A DNA stretch of 64,000 nt from a virus (taxonomy: Duplodnaviria; Heunggongvirae; Uroviricota; Caudoviricetes), in IMG/VR virus record IMGVR_UViG_2903405734_000002, positions 128,001 to 192,000 of that record; one strand, 5' to 3'. Shown piece after piece: positions 1 to 9,413 of the stretch. How positions within the stretch are numbered: the first letter of the stretch is position 1; each line of letters starts with the position of its first letter. A program made the translations under genes and the position numbers. The notes below the pieces were generated by a model. That model made no database searches, was not told where the DNA came from, and was given only the letters and a program-made list of their open reading frames with translations.

Positions 1-5
1 TATGC

Positions 6-1814
6 TTGCATCTTTGCAAGTTTTACGCAAAGCGTGGACTTATTGGCGACTACAAGCTTGAGCCAAATGACAAAGTGCGGGATTTTATGGCAATGGAAGC
101 TATAAAAATCGTCATGGCTGAGCAGGCAAAAAAAGAAAATAAAAACCAGAAGAAATCCTATATCAGTAACGAAATGCTGGATGTCGATACATTTGTGTCA
201 TTCATTGATATGGTTAAATCCACGCTTAAGAGCCCTCGCGAGGTTTTTAAACTGATGGGCATCAATGATGAATCAGAGGTTTTTATTGATGCTTACAGCG
301 TCTTTGAAGAGATCAGAAACGAAGAAAAAATTCGTTTTTTCTCTGATCTTATTTATGATTTGGTTGTTTTGATAAGAGATAATCCTGATGCAGCTAGTCT
401 TATTTCTAATCACAAAGACTACATTATTGTAGATGAATACCAGGATACCAACTATTGCCAGGCTGTTCTGCTGAAAATTTTGGCAGGTGAAAGGGCAAAG
501 GTCATGGTTGTTGGGGATGTTGATCAGGCCATCTATGAATGGCGTGGTGGAGATCCAAAAATCATGCTACATGATTTTAAGAGAGACTTTCCTGGTTGCG
601 AAATGCTTCCTCTGACAGAGACATTTAGATATGGCTCTGGGGTTTCTGTATATGCAAACAACCTAATACAAAACAACAAAGAAAGATTCCCTACTGTATG
701 CAAGTCGAATGATAATTGTGGCGAATCTGAGATTCATTTGGTAGAAAAATCCGATCATGGCAGAGAGGCAGTTAGAATAGTAAGGGCGCACCAAGCGAAA
801 GGAAAAAAACTAAGCGACATTGCTGTTTTGGTTAGAATGTATAGCCACTCCGCCTCTATAGAGCTGGCATTTATCGAGGCGGGCATTGAATATTACATCT
901 CAAATGGCATTGAATTTCTAAAGTCAAATGAGGCTAAAACTCTTCTTTCTATCATGGAACTATCATGCGGCATGTTCAAGGAAATGAGCGAAAATGAAAG
1001 ATGTGAAAAAATCAAATCCATCTTGAAGTTTCCACATGTTGGATTAAAGAATGATGTTATTTGCAAGATTGCAGCCAAGATGGCAAAGAAGGATAGCGGG
1101 TATTTTGACGATATTTGTCGAATGCTTCCTCCATCAGTAAATAAATTTCACAAAGAAAAGATATCGGAAAGAGGCATGATGCTGTCTGAGATAGAACACC
1201 TCGGAAAAAGCAGATTGGCTTCAAGAAGGGCAACGGAAAGCATTGTTGAGTATTACATTAAAAGAACAGAATTATTCGACTGGATTCAGTCATCATCATT
1301 GATAGAAATCGATGCAGATGAATCAATAAAAAGGTGCAGTGTTTTTTCTTCATTTGTAGAAAAGACACCAGGCTCAATTCATGAAAAGATTGAAAAGATT
1401 AAGAGCATGGCATCAAAAGAGAAGGATGCCAATGCAGAGCATGTGTTGATAACATCAATACATAAATCAAAGGGCCTGGAATGGGATACGGTTATAATTC
1501 CATCACTTGAAGAAAAGTCATTCCCTTATTTTTATAATAACCAACCCCCAGATATGGAGGCTGAAAGAAGATTGTTTTTTGTTGGCATAACAAGATGCAT
1601 TAAGAATGTTCATCTTTTAACGTCTGTGCCGAGAGAAAAGTATGTCGGAAAAAGGGAAGATTACAGACCAAAAAGCAGATTTATTTCTGAGCTTAAAATG
1701 AATGATCGGAGTCTTGAGCTTGGACACATAAGCAAGATTGATGACAAACTAACATCAAATTCAAGATTGGAAATTATTAGAAAAACAGCGATGTCTCTTT
1801 CTGCAATCGCATAA
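6..1814 (+). CDS. UvrD/Rep-family SF1 helicase (5' end lies before the window)
   Basis: IIVDEYQDTN, VGDVDQAIYEWRG, LTETFRY, ITSIHKSKGLEWD, ERRLFFVGITR motifs. Walker A is absent, consistent with truncation at the window edge. Confidence 0.9.
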   Translation: MHLCKFYAKRGLIGDYKLEPNDKVRDFMAMEAIKIVMAEQAKKENKNQKKSYISNEMLDVDTFVSFIDMVKSTLKSPREVFKLMGINDESEVFIDAYSVFEEIRNEEKIRFFSDLIYDLVVLIRDNPDAASLISNHKDYIIVDEYQDTNYCQAVLLKILAGERAKVMVVGDVDQAIYEWRGGDPKIMLHDFKRDFPGCEMLPLTETFRYGSGVSVYANNLIQNNKERFPTVCKSNDNCGESEIHLVEKSDHGREAVRIVRAHQAKGKKLSDIAVLVRMYSHSASIELAFIEAGIEYYISNGIEFLKSNEAKTLLSIMELSCGMFKEMSENERCEKIKSILKFPHVGLKNDVICKIAAKMAKKDSGYFDDICRMLPPSVNKFHKEKISERGMMLSEIEHLGKSRLASRRATESIVEYYIKRTELFDWIQSSSLIEIDADESIKRCSVFSSFVEKTPGSIHEKIEKIKSMASKEKDANAEHVLITSIHKSKGLEWDTVIIPSLEEKSFPYFYNNQPPDMEAERRLFFVGITRCIKNVHLLTSVPREKYVGKREDYRPKSRFISELKMNDRSLELGHISKIDDKLTSNSRLEIIRKTAMSLSAIA

Positions 1815-1815
1815 T

Positions 1816-1842
1816 AAAAGCCCCATTAAGTGGGGCTTTTTT
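1816..1842. terminator. Bidirectional intrinsic terminator
   Basis: AAAAGCCCCA-TTAAG-TGGGGCTTTTTT between convergent ORFs. Confidence 0.8.
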
Positions 1843-2473
1843 CTGTCAAGCAATACTTTGCAGAAGATCTTACCTTTATGAATGATGCCCCAGCTCCATT
1901 GTGAGCATCAGGAATGCACCCAAAACCATATTTTTGAAGCTTTGCCATTATCTGAGAAAACTGCTCTTGATTTCCATATGCTGTCAAAACTATGAATTTT
2001 TCGTCTGGAAAGTTTCCATCACTCTCAATTCGGAGAATTTGACTCTCATGGATAGCTAAAAGCCCTTTTGATAAAATCATTTTAGATTGTTCATTTGATG
2101 GAGAAAACTCTTCGTTAATTCCAAAAACTGTACAGTATCCAGAGTCAGTCATCTCCTCAAATAGTCGATTTAATCTTTCTATATCATTAAGGCTCGATAG
2201 TGATTGACACACAGCGAAACTCCTTGAAAACTGCTCATAAAACATATCCCAAAGATAAGCAGCTGCGGGCTCTTTGTATTTCACTCTGGTCAGAAGATAT
2301 TTATGGGCCTTCTTATCAATCTGACCATCTAAATTCATTTTTAGAATCTTGCGCTTTATAAATGCGTTTTTAGAATTTGCTGGCAACTCAGAGAATTGAA
2401 AGGCAAGCTCAACTGTTGTCATGATTTTGTAAACAAGATACTCGGTATCATTCATAAAAAAATCCTGCCGCAT
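1826..2473 (-). CDS. Hypothetical protein
   Basis: 215-aa ORF following 2514..4160 on the same strand, ending in a terminator; no motif recognised. Confidence 0.65.
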   Translation of the reverse strand: MRQDFFMNDTEYLVYKIMTTVELAFQFSELPANSKNAFIKRKILKMNLDGQIDKKAHKYLLTRVKYKEPAAAYLWDMFYEQFSRSFAVCQSLSSLNDIERLNRLFEEMTDSGYCTVFGINEEFSPSNEQSKMILSKGLLAIHESQILRIESDGNFPDEKFIVLTAYGNQEQFSQIMAKLQKYGFGCIPDAHNGAGASFIKVRSSAKYCLTEKSPT

Positions 2474-2513
2474 TACATTGGCAGGATTATATTAGTAAAA
2501 TCAAATAATGTCA

Positions 2514-4160
2514 CTATATTGACAGCTCAGATTCCACATTTTTCTTTCTTGAGCGTCCAGTATATACTCTCTCCGGTATTTCTGTTTGTCCATTGAGTCC
2601 AAACATTAAATCCTGGTGACAGTTGATGGCTGCGATACGATCATTTTCATTATGCTTCTCGTACTTAGTGATTTTAAGTCCGTTATCAACCAGAATTTTC
2701 AGAACATCCTTGCTTATATCTGTTGGTACAATCGCAACCTCAAATGATGATAGTGGCACGGCTGACTTGAACTTCGCCTCAAAATAGGTGGTTGGTGCGC
2801 TACGTATCTCATTAATCATTTGATCTACTGTATTAATGTGTTCAAGGCTAGATTTATTGTAGTATTCAAGCCAGCCGCGCTCTCCTTTCTTGATGTAGTC
2901 CTTTGTTGCCTCACAAAATATATCAATAACTTCAAACATGCTTCTTTTGTAAATAAGATGATCCTTGAAGAATTCAGCAGTTTCGATCACCCTGTTGTTA
3001 AGCCTGTCTTTTTCTTTATCAAAGCTATCTTGATCCGTAATCTTATTAATGCAGCCTTCAATCTGATCATAAGTTCTAAATTGTTTTGAAATTAGTGACC
3101 TTATGTTCCCAGCACCATAGTTAAACCCCTCTGAATCCCTTGCTCCGACACTCATCTCTTTTACAAGATTTTGAAGATTGTGCTCTTTTATAGTGTATCC
3201 TTCTCCATTTTTTCTTTCTGCTCTAAAGTATTCCCCATGAATAACGTGGCTAAAATTAGCCTCAATCCATGATATATATTTTTCTTTGTTTTTTGAAATT
3301 ACTCTCTCAATGTAAGAGTATAATTTAGAGTGATCAATAACCTTGTTTTTTCCTGATTTTATTTTTTCACACTCGTTTTTCATTAGCATAAAGAAATGAG
3401 GGCTAGGATGAATCCTGTCACCATTATTCGAAATATATTTTCTTTTTAGTTCGCTTGTTCTTTCTCTGCTCAATTCTTGCAATTCATTAATGATGACTTG
3501 CTCATTATTAATGTTTTTTCTTCGCAGTCTTTTCTCGCTCCACTTTACCTCATCATCAACAATGTTTTTTATTTCCTCGTTGATTAATTCACAAAGCTGA
3601 GAAATGTTTTTATTATCAGAGTTAAATTCAAGATTGTGATTTTTACCAAACCAACCTCTAATGCGCCTATTATTAAGAAGATCTACTGCTGGTTCTTTTG
3701 TTTTCATTGGCACTCTAGGAGAGTAACCAACCTCCTTTGCAAACGAAAGAGCGAGTAGATATGTTGATGTTCCTATTGAGTTGGCTATATCTCTGAAATT
3801 TTTGTTTTTGAAATCATTGATGATCTGATTCTCTAGTGATGCATCATCAAACTCAGGATAACTAATGAGTAGTTCCTTTATTTTTTTACCCAGTCCTTTA
3901 TTATCAACCTTGAAAAAACTTGATGGTACGCGACTTGAGTTTACATCAGAATCAAAAACAGCAACCTTTCTTGGGTTGATTAGTGCAGGATTAGCTAAAA
4001 GAGTGATCTCGCCAAAGCTTGACATTCCAGTGTCGTTCCTAACAACGGCCATTGATGGGCACGGAATGCCACCCAGCTTATGCGTATAGCGAACCCCGCT
4101 CTCTCTTATATTGTGAATCGCAAGCAATCCAAGGTTTGTTTTTGCCATAATGAGCACCAT
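2514..4160 (-). CDS. Hypothetical phage/plasmid-type protein, possibly a split ADP-ribosyltransferase-like fold
   Basis: N-terminal AIHNI...LGGIPCPSMAV...FGEITL block and C-terminal PTTYFEAK...VPLSSFEVAIVP block flank a helical insert; ends ...RSRKKNVESELSI. The ORF is well supported; the function is tentative. Confidence 0.6.
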   Translation of the reverse strand: MVLIMAKTNLGLLAIHNIRESGVRYTHKLGGIPCPSMAVVRNDTGMSSFGEITLLANPALINPRKVAVFDSDVNSSRVPSSFFKVDNKGLGKKIKELLISYPEFDDASLENQIINDFKNKNFRDIANSIGTSTYLLALSFAKEVGYSPRVPMKTKEPAVDLLNNRRIRGWFGKNHNLEFNSDNKNISQLCELINEEIKNIVDDEVKWSEKRLRRKNINNEQVIINELQELSRERTSELKRKYISNNGDRIHPSPHFFMLMKNECEKIKSGKNKVIDHSKLYSYIERVISKNKEKYISWIEANFSHVIHGEYFRAERKNGEGYTIKEHNLQNLVKEMSVGARDSEGFNYGAGNIRSLISKQFRTYDQIEGCINKITDQDSFDKEKDRLNNRVIETAEFFKDHLIYKRSMFEVIDIFCEATKDYIKKGERGWLEYYNKSSLEHINTVDQMINEIRSAPTTYFEAKFKSAVPLSSFEVAIVPTDISKDVLKILVDNGLKITKYEKHNENDRIAAINCHQDLMFGLNGQTEIPERVYTGRSRKKNVESELSI

Positions 4161-4214
4161 AAATTATTATTTGATTTATTATATCACGAACCCATTAGCA
4201 AAAAAAGACTCCAA

Positions 4215-4439
4215 TCAATACATGAAGCGCAAGAGATTTTCCGCATTAAAGTCTCGAATAAGACTAATGATAGAAAAAACCTCATCTAGAAGAATTGAAG
4301 CAATAATAGATGAGCCGCCGTTAGAGTTATACCCAGCTTTTAGAGCAGGATATTCCAGGAAAGAAAATGCAGTAATGGATAGCAACATTAACACCAGCAA
4401 AACTGCGACATCTTTGATTTTTGTTTGTTTATTGTTCAT
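4215..4439 (-). CDS. Small membrane protein
   Basis: 74 aa with two hydrophobic segments; start abuts the stop of 4440..5018. Confidence 0.55.
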   Translation of the reverse strand: MNNKQTKIKDVAVLLVLMLLSITAFSFLEYPALKAGYNSNGGSSIIASILLDEVFSIISLIRDFNAENLLRFMY

Positions 4440-5018
4440 TTATGCCACCTTATCTATATACTCATTAACAATTTTTCTTATAAACTCCATAACTGGAGTC
4501 ATTTCGCTTATCGTCACAGCGTAGATCTCATGCCCCTTTCTAATTTGATAATCCTTGTGAACAAAATCACCTTCTTTAAAATGCTCTGACTTGCTCAAAA
4601 ACTCGTTTTTACTCATTGCACCAAGTATATGAAGTTTTTTAACTGGGTACTCATAACAAGTGAACAAAAGATAGTCTACGTTTTTTTCCGCATGGCTTTG
4701 AGATATTTGGGCTTTGTACCATGGCCTTATTGGAACTCGCCTTTTTACTGTCTTGACATCTATTTCAAGATTAAAGAAGCTGAAATCCCCTCTCGATGTC
4801 ACATCATCAAGAATCCAATTAGTATGCTCTTTGCTTATGTGACTAAGGAGGCTGTTTGTTACGATTTCACCAATCTCGCCAACCCATCTCATATCTGACT
4901 CTTCTTCTGGAAAAATATTTCCGTATTTCTTGTCTCTTTCTTCTCTTATTTCTTTTGCTTTTTGTATTGTGCTTTCACTTACATTTATTGTAATTATATC
5001 GCTCATGGTTAATGGCAT
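4440..5018 (-). CDS. PD-(D/E)xK-fold nuclease-like protein
   Basis: GEIGE helix followed by GDF...IDVKT catalytic-like pattern. Confidence 0.6.
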   Translation of the reverse strand: MPLTMSDIITINVSESTIQKAKEIREERDKKYGNIFPEEESDMRWVGEIGEIVTNSLLSHISKEHTNWILDDVTSRGDFSFFNLEIDVKTVKRRVPIRPWYKAQISQSHAEKNVDYLLFTCYEYPVKKLHILGAMSKNEFLSKSEHFKEGDFVHKDYQIRKGHEIYAVTISEMTPVMEFIRKIVNEYIDKVA

Positions 5019-5027
5019 AAAATCCTC

Positions 5028-6176
5028 TTAAAATGAAGTTTGTTTTTTCAGCCTTACCATGTTGGTCTTGCTATTTATGTGCCATGAAATCTCAGCATGC
5101 TTTGGGTACGGACTAATTGATTCGAACATCCTGGTTAGCACCACATCCGGCTTGCTTGAGTCATTGCAACTCCATCCAAGATCATTAACATACCCATGGT
5201 TTTCTGACCTTATGTTGGAAGCAAAAATATTTGTGATTGTTTCAGCAGAGGCTGATTTCAAGTCATTGTAATTATGACCAGTTGCAGTCTGAATTTTAAG
5301 TGCCATCATAGCTGCATCACAAGCTTGACTAACCTTATGGTGTCTGCTGATGGTTGGCAATGAAACTTTCGTGTATTTCTTTGCTTCGACAGTTACCGAT
5401 GATGTTTTAGTAAGAGCATCTATTCTCTCTTTAGCCCTTTCTTTTATTTCAGCGCTTTTTGAGATGGATGCTGTTTCATCCAGTAAGATCTCTCTATACC
5501 AATGAAGGGCCGCCTTGCTGTCGGCTTTGAAAACATCGCCCTTTTCGTATGCTTCACCAATCAAAAACCTGGCTTCATTGTGCTTTTGTTGAGCTGCCAG
5601 ATAAATCCAGTTCAGGCCAATCCTTTTCTTTTCGGCTTGTGGTGATTCGTAGAGTGCTTTCCCAATAAATAGCTGAGCATGTCGATTTCCGCTTTTTGCT
5701 TCTTGCTCAGCATCGTCAGAGAGTCCATTTTTATCAGCATCTTTTTTTGAGAATGAATCCCGCCATGGATCTGGCCTCTCTTCCTCTGCATTGTTGAATT
5801 CCGAGTTATTTGACATTGCCATTTTTCTTTCTTTGCATTTTGGAGAGTTACATGCATTTAAAAGTTTTTTGGCTCTTGGAATATTGATATTTACCATGTA
5901 GCCACGATAATTTAGAACAAATAGGTCATAGGTGGCAGACTCATCCCCTCCCATGCTTCTTAGTTCCAATTTTTGAGGTGACTGCGGATCCCCACTATAG
6001 GTGTTGTAAATGGACAAATCTTCATTCGCATATGTGTCTGTCTCAAATGTTGTTGCAATTTGTGATGCGCTTAACTCGGGTGCAGCATGCAATCCAGATG
6101 AAATAGATGATGCAATCAGAAGAGAAAATAATGACAGCTTGCTCTTGAAGCAATAACCGGATTTATTAATTAACAT
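5028..6176 (-). CDS. Exported Sel1-like repeat protein
   Basis: Signal peptide (…SSGLHA); SLR-like segments AKSGNRHAQLFIGKALY and AAQQKHNEARFLIGEAYEKG…ALHWY. Confidence 0.7.
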   Translation of the reverse strand: MLINKSGYCFKSKLSLFSLLIASSISSGLHAAPELSASQIATTFETDTYANEDLSIYNTYSGDPQSPQKLELRSMGGDESATYDLFVLNYRGYMVNINIPRAKKLLNACNSPKCKERKMAMSNNSEFNNAEEERPDPWRDSFSKKDADKNGLSDDAEQEAKSGNRHAQLFIGKALYESPQAEKKRIGLNWIYLAAQQKHNEARFLIGEAYEKGDVFKADSKAALHWYREILLDETASISKSAEIKERAKERIDALTKTSSVTVEAKKYTKVSLPTISRHHKVSQACDAAMMALKIQTATGHNYNDLKSASAETITNIFASNIRSENHGYVNDLGWSCNDSSKPDVVLTRMFESISPYPKHAEISWHINSKTNMVRLKKQTSF

Positions 6177-6342
6177 TTTTCGCCCAACAATTAAATTTAA
6201 TTAGCTTCATAATATTGAACAAGCCAGCGCCTGTCCATTATTTATTTGATAAATATCTTATCATTCCGCTCTTCGAGCGAATCCCTATCCAGTTCCCATA
6301 GCAGAAGGGGGTCTTAACGACCCCCTTCTTGACTTAAGCCTG

Positions 6343-7506
6343 TTAGGCTACAACTTCTTCTTTTTTCTTCTCTGTAACTGCAACAGCAGCCTTTGAACCT
6401 TCAATCGCATTGCCGTAGGCAACCATCATCCCCCACAACATAAACCCGATTACGTTCGAGAAGATGCCATCCTCAAGTGTTATGAGGGAGTGATGCTGAA
6501 AGTGACGCTTGATGCTTTTCTCAAAAATCTTGTTTGGGCCGCCAGCCATAATCAACTGAGCAACATCTTTGCTCTCTCCGATTCTGTTCAGCATAAAGTT
6601 CAAGCTTGAGTCAATCACTGGAATCGTGTTCTTAATATGGGGATTAAGATCGACTTTTTCACCATAAATGTAGATGGAGCGATCTTCCTTAACCCCGCCA
6701 TAGTTCTTGAGATCAAGAGCTACATCCAATTGATTCAAGTCTTCGTACTCAACATTCTTTTCTTGCGCAATGCTTGATGCAATTGCCTGTAAAATGCTGC
6801 TCATACCACCTGGGCGAGCACCACTTCGATTCGGGTTTACTGCAAACCCCTTGGTAATCAGGAAGTCAAAGGTAAGATATCCTGGGTCTACAACCAGAGT
6901 ATTTGTAGCAGAGAATCGATCAAAGTCACCACTGCGTACTGCATAGTTGTATAGCGCTCCCAGAGGTTGCGGAACAACCATGACATTATGAATAACAACG
7001 GTAAGGTCGCCAATTACATGCGTACCCTTAGCCATCGCTTCCATTTCCTTGCGCTTAGACATGTTGGAAACAGGCAGACCGAGAATCAGGTAGTCAATCT
7101 CTTTGTGACCCTGATAAGCCAAAGCACCAAGGAAAAGAACTTTCCACTGCTCTGAGTTTACGAAGTTTTCATGTAACGCTCGAACATCGCTCCTGGTTGT
7201 GATGTCATAAACATCAGGCCCGACCTCCCAGATGACGCCACCAGATTCGATTTTTTTTGTATTTCTCGAAATAAAAAACTCACCACTAAGATCTTCGTGT
7301 GGAGACATTGGTGCGATAGACGGGAAGAGATCACACTTGACCTTTCCATCATCACCAATGCCAGTGGTGTACTTTGTGTACCCATAACCAACATCAATTG
7401 CAGCAACGACAGCCTTGCCGCTTACTGACTCTGGAAGCGAACTGCGTTTCAGGAAGCCAAGCAGTGCTTTATCAGAGATCAAGCTTTTGATTTTGTTCAA
7501 TTCCAT
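6343..7506 (-). CDS. ParM/StbA-like actin ATPase (PRTRC system protein D-like)
   Basis: AIDVGYGYTK, LILGLPV, VVPQPLGA, VVDPGYLTFD, MAGG actin-fold motifs. Confidence 0.85.
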   Translation of the reverse strand: MELNKIKSLISDKALLGFLKRSSLPESVSGKAVVAAIDVGYGYTKYTTGIGDDGKVKCDLFPSIAPMSPHEDLSGEFFISRNTKKIESGGVIWEVGPDVYDITTRSDVRALHENFVNSEQWKVLFLGALAYQGHKEIDYLILGLPVSNMSKRKEMEAMAKGTHVIGDLTVVIHNVMVVPQPLGALYNYAVRSGDFDRFSATNTLVVDPGYLTFDFLITKGFAVNPNRSGARPGGMSSILQAIASSIAQEKNVEYEDLNQLDVALDLKNYGGVKEDRSIYIYGEKVDLNPHIKNTIPVIDSSLNFMLNRIGESKDVAQLIMAGGPNKIFEKSIKRHFQHHSLITLEDGIFSNVIGFMLWGMMVAYGNAIEGSKAAVAVTEKKKEEVVA

Positions 7507-7671
7507 AATTTCTTACGAGCCTGGCAATTTCTTGCCTCGCTTCGCCTCCGGTAAGTGGATTACTGTTTTGTTATCTTGAATTATAGGGGAATTAATAACC
7601 AAAGTCAATATTAAGAGAGAAAATAAATAAACTGGCTTCTATTTGGCAGTGGCTTGTCCACTGCCAGTATC

Positions 7672-8781
7672 TCAAAGACTCAGATCTGATTTATTTTTCT
7701 CCATATTAACTCTTCTTTTGTTCATGTCTTGTAGTGCAATGGTCAGGCTGGCAACTCGGTCAATGTCAACCTCCTCAGGAAGTCGTGATGTTGCCTTCAA
7801 GCTCATGATCTTGTCGGTCATGACTGATGCGTAGCGCTCAAGCTCTTCTTTGGTCAGGATGCCATGCTCTCTGATTTCAAGAAGCTCAGCTGCATCCGGT
7901 CTTCTTACGTTGATGCGACCCGTCTCCATGAATTCTACTCCCATTCGAAGAATTCTGACTAAGTGCATCCCGTCTTTAGTGTCATAACCAAACTTTTTCT
8001 CAAGCAGTCCCCTGGTTGAATCGACCGTTCTTGTTCTACTCCAAAATCCGCTCCATGCGGCCTTCTTCCTTTCGTATTCAGATCTGTTGTACTTTACCAT
8101 GAACTCAGGGATGCCCTGGAAATCGCTAGAACGCTCTTTGGATAGCTTGTTGATTACCCCATCCTTTGTAATTGCCTTTGTTCCTGGTGCCTTGTAGACG
8201 CCATAAATGTCATTTCCGAAGTGAACCATGGCATGGTCGTTGGCAAAGGCATTGATGTCAAAATGACTTTTTCCTGAGTCTGAAAATCCTCTTACGAAAC
8301 TGATAAAGTCAGCCTGCTTTGGTGGGGTCTTGTCATGAGTCTCGCTATAGTTATTGATCTTTTGCATGTGCTCCATTGCAAAGCCAACAAACCGATCTGC
8401 TACTTGCTTAGTGGAGAATACTCCCCTATTTTTTCTCAGAAAAAGATACTCAGGGCTTGAAGTAATGATGCTTTTTTCATCAACCCAAAGCGTTTCAAGT
8501 ATATTAGGGCTTTGCCTAACACAAAGAGCCATGAATCGGTTTAGTTCATAGAGCTTAGTATCTTCATCGGACTCAATCACAACCTCATTGAGATTGAAAA
8601 ATGGCGTCCTGTAGAACTTGTCTTCCGCAGCAAAAATCCCTCTGATGTCAAGGTCAGAGTCTTCTCTCTCAGTGCCATAGGCTCTGGAGCCAGAGACATG
8701 AGTTACAATGACACAAGGATCATTCTTCTTAATCATTGTCAAATCCCCATTTAAAATCGCTATAAGCAATGATTTTATCAC
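7672..8781 (-). CDS. Pol-beta superfamily nucleotidyltransferase (YcgL/RlaP-like); start probably MIKKND about 8736
   Basis: GSRAYGT…DSDLDIRG, SPNILETL, GYDTKDGMHLVRIL motifs. Confidence 0.8.
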   Translation of the reverse strand: MIKSLLIAILNGDLTMIKKNDPCVIVTHVSGSRAYGTEREDSDLDIRGIFAAEDKFYRTPFFNLNEVVIESDEDTKLYELNRFMALCVRQSPNILETLWVDEKSIITSSPEYLFLRKNRGVFSTKQVADRFVGFAMEHMQKINNYSETHDKTPPKQADFISFVRGFSDSGKSHFDINAFANDHAMVHFGNDIYGVYKAPGTKAITKDGVINKLSKERSSDFQGIPEFMVKYNRSEYERKKAAWSGFWSRTRTVDSTRGLLEKKFGYDTKDGMHLVRILRMGVEFMETGRINVRRPDAAELLEIREHGILTKEELERYASVMTDKIMSLKATSRLPEEVDIDRVASLTIALQDMNKRRVNMEKNKSDLSL

Positions 8782-8808
8782 AAAAAATGGTTTTTTTCAA
8801 AAAAAACC

Positions 8809-8837
8809 TTGCCGAGGGACTTATTTAGCAATAAAAT
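8809..8837 (+). promoter_or_regulatory. Sigma70-type promoter for the dksA-like gene
   Basis: TTGCCG-N17-TAAAAT upstream of 8901. Confidence 0.5.
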
Positions 8838-8900
8838 ATTATCAGTGAACACTAAAACACTTAATTTACATCTATACAACAATTTTATGGTGAGACGCTT

Positions 8901-9299
8901 ATGGCGTCTTTATCTTTAAGGAATTTTATGAACAAAAACAATGAAGTAAGAAGCGAATTTCAGATCAAAAGCCTGGAAAAGCTCAAGTCATCAAGATCTG
9001 CCCTGATTGCAAAGATCTCAGAAATGAAGATCCAAGCTACAAGATCTGACAGTGACAACACAGACCCCCTTGATATCGCCTCTCATGTTGAGGAACAGTC
9101 ACGCCTCCTATCTGAACTGGCACGAGACGAAGCATCACTGCTAAAAATCGAGTCCGCCCTTCGGAATTTTAGCAACTTTGGGTATTGCATTGAATGCGGA
9201 GAAGATATTGATGAGCGCAGGCTTGGTATTGACCCATCCATTTGTCGTTGTGTTGACTGCCAGGGAAGCAAGGAGGTTCTTTCCAGGCATATGGCCTAA
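8901..9299 (+). CDS. DksA/TraR-family C4 zinc-finger transcription factor
   Basis: Coiled-coil tip DPLDIA (DxxDxA), FGYCIECGEDIDERRL…CVDC. Confidence 0.88.
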   Translation: MASLSLRNFMNKNNEVRSEFQIKSLEKLKSSRSALIAKISEMKIQATRSDSDNTDPLDIASHVEEQSRLLSELARDEASLLKIESALRNFSNFGYCIECGEDIDERRLGIDPSICRCVDCQGSKEVLSRHMA

Positions 9300-9325
9300 C
9301 ATCGAGGCAAATATTGGCAAATCTT

Positions 9326-9353
9326 AAAGCTCGCATTTAATGCGGGCTTTTTT
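9326..9353 (+). terminator. Intrinsic terminator
   Basis: AAAGCTCGCA…TGCGGGCTTTTTT hairpin with T-tract after dksA-like gene. Confidence 0.75.
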
Positions 9354-9413
9354 ATTGAATAATAAATAATCCAGGTGCTATAATATTTAAAACAATAAAA
9401 AGAGAATATTGCA

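Noticed and set aside
4080-4524. ORFs 4080..4289 and 4150..4524 (+) and the many other short antisense ORFs in the track
   Set aside because: They overlap better-supported genes on the opposite strand or in another frame and show no motifs or RBS.
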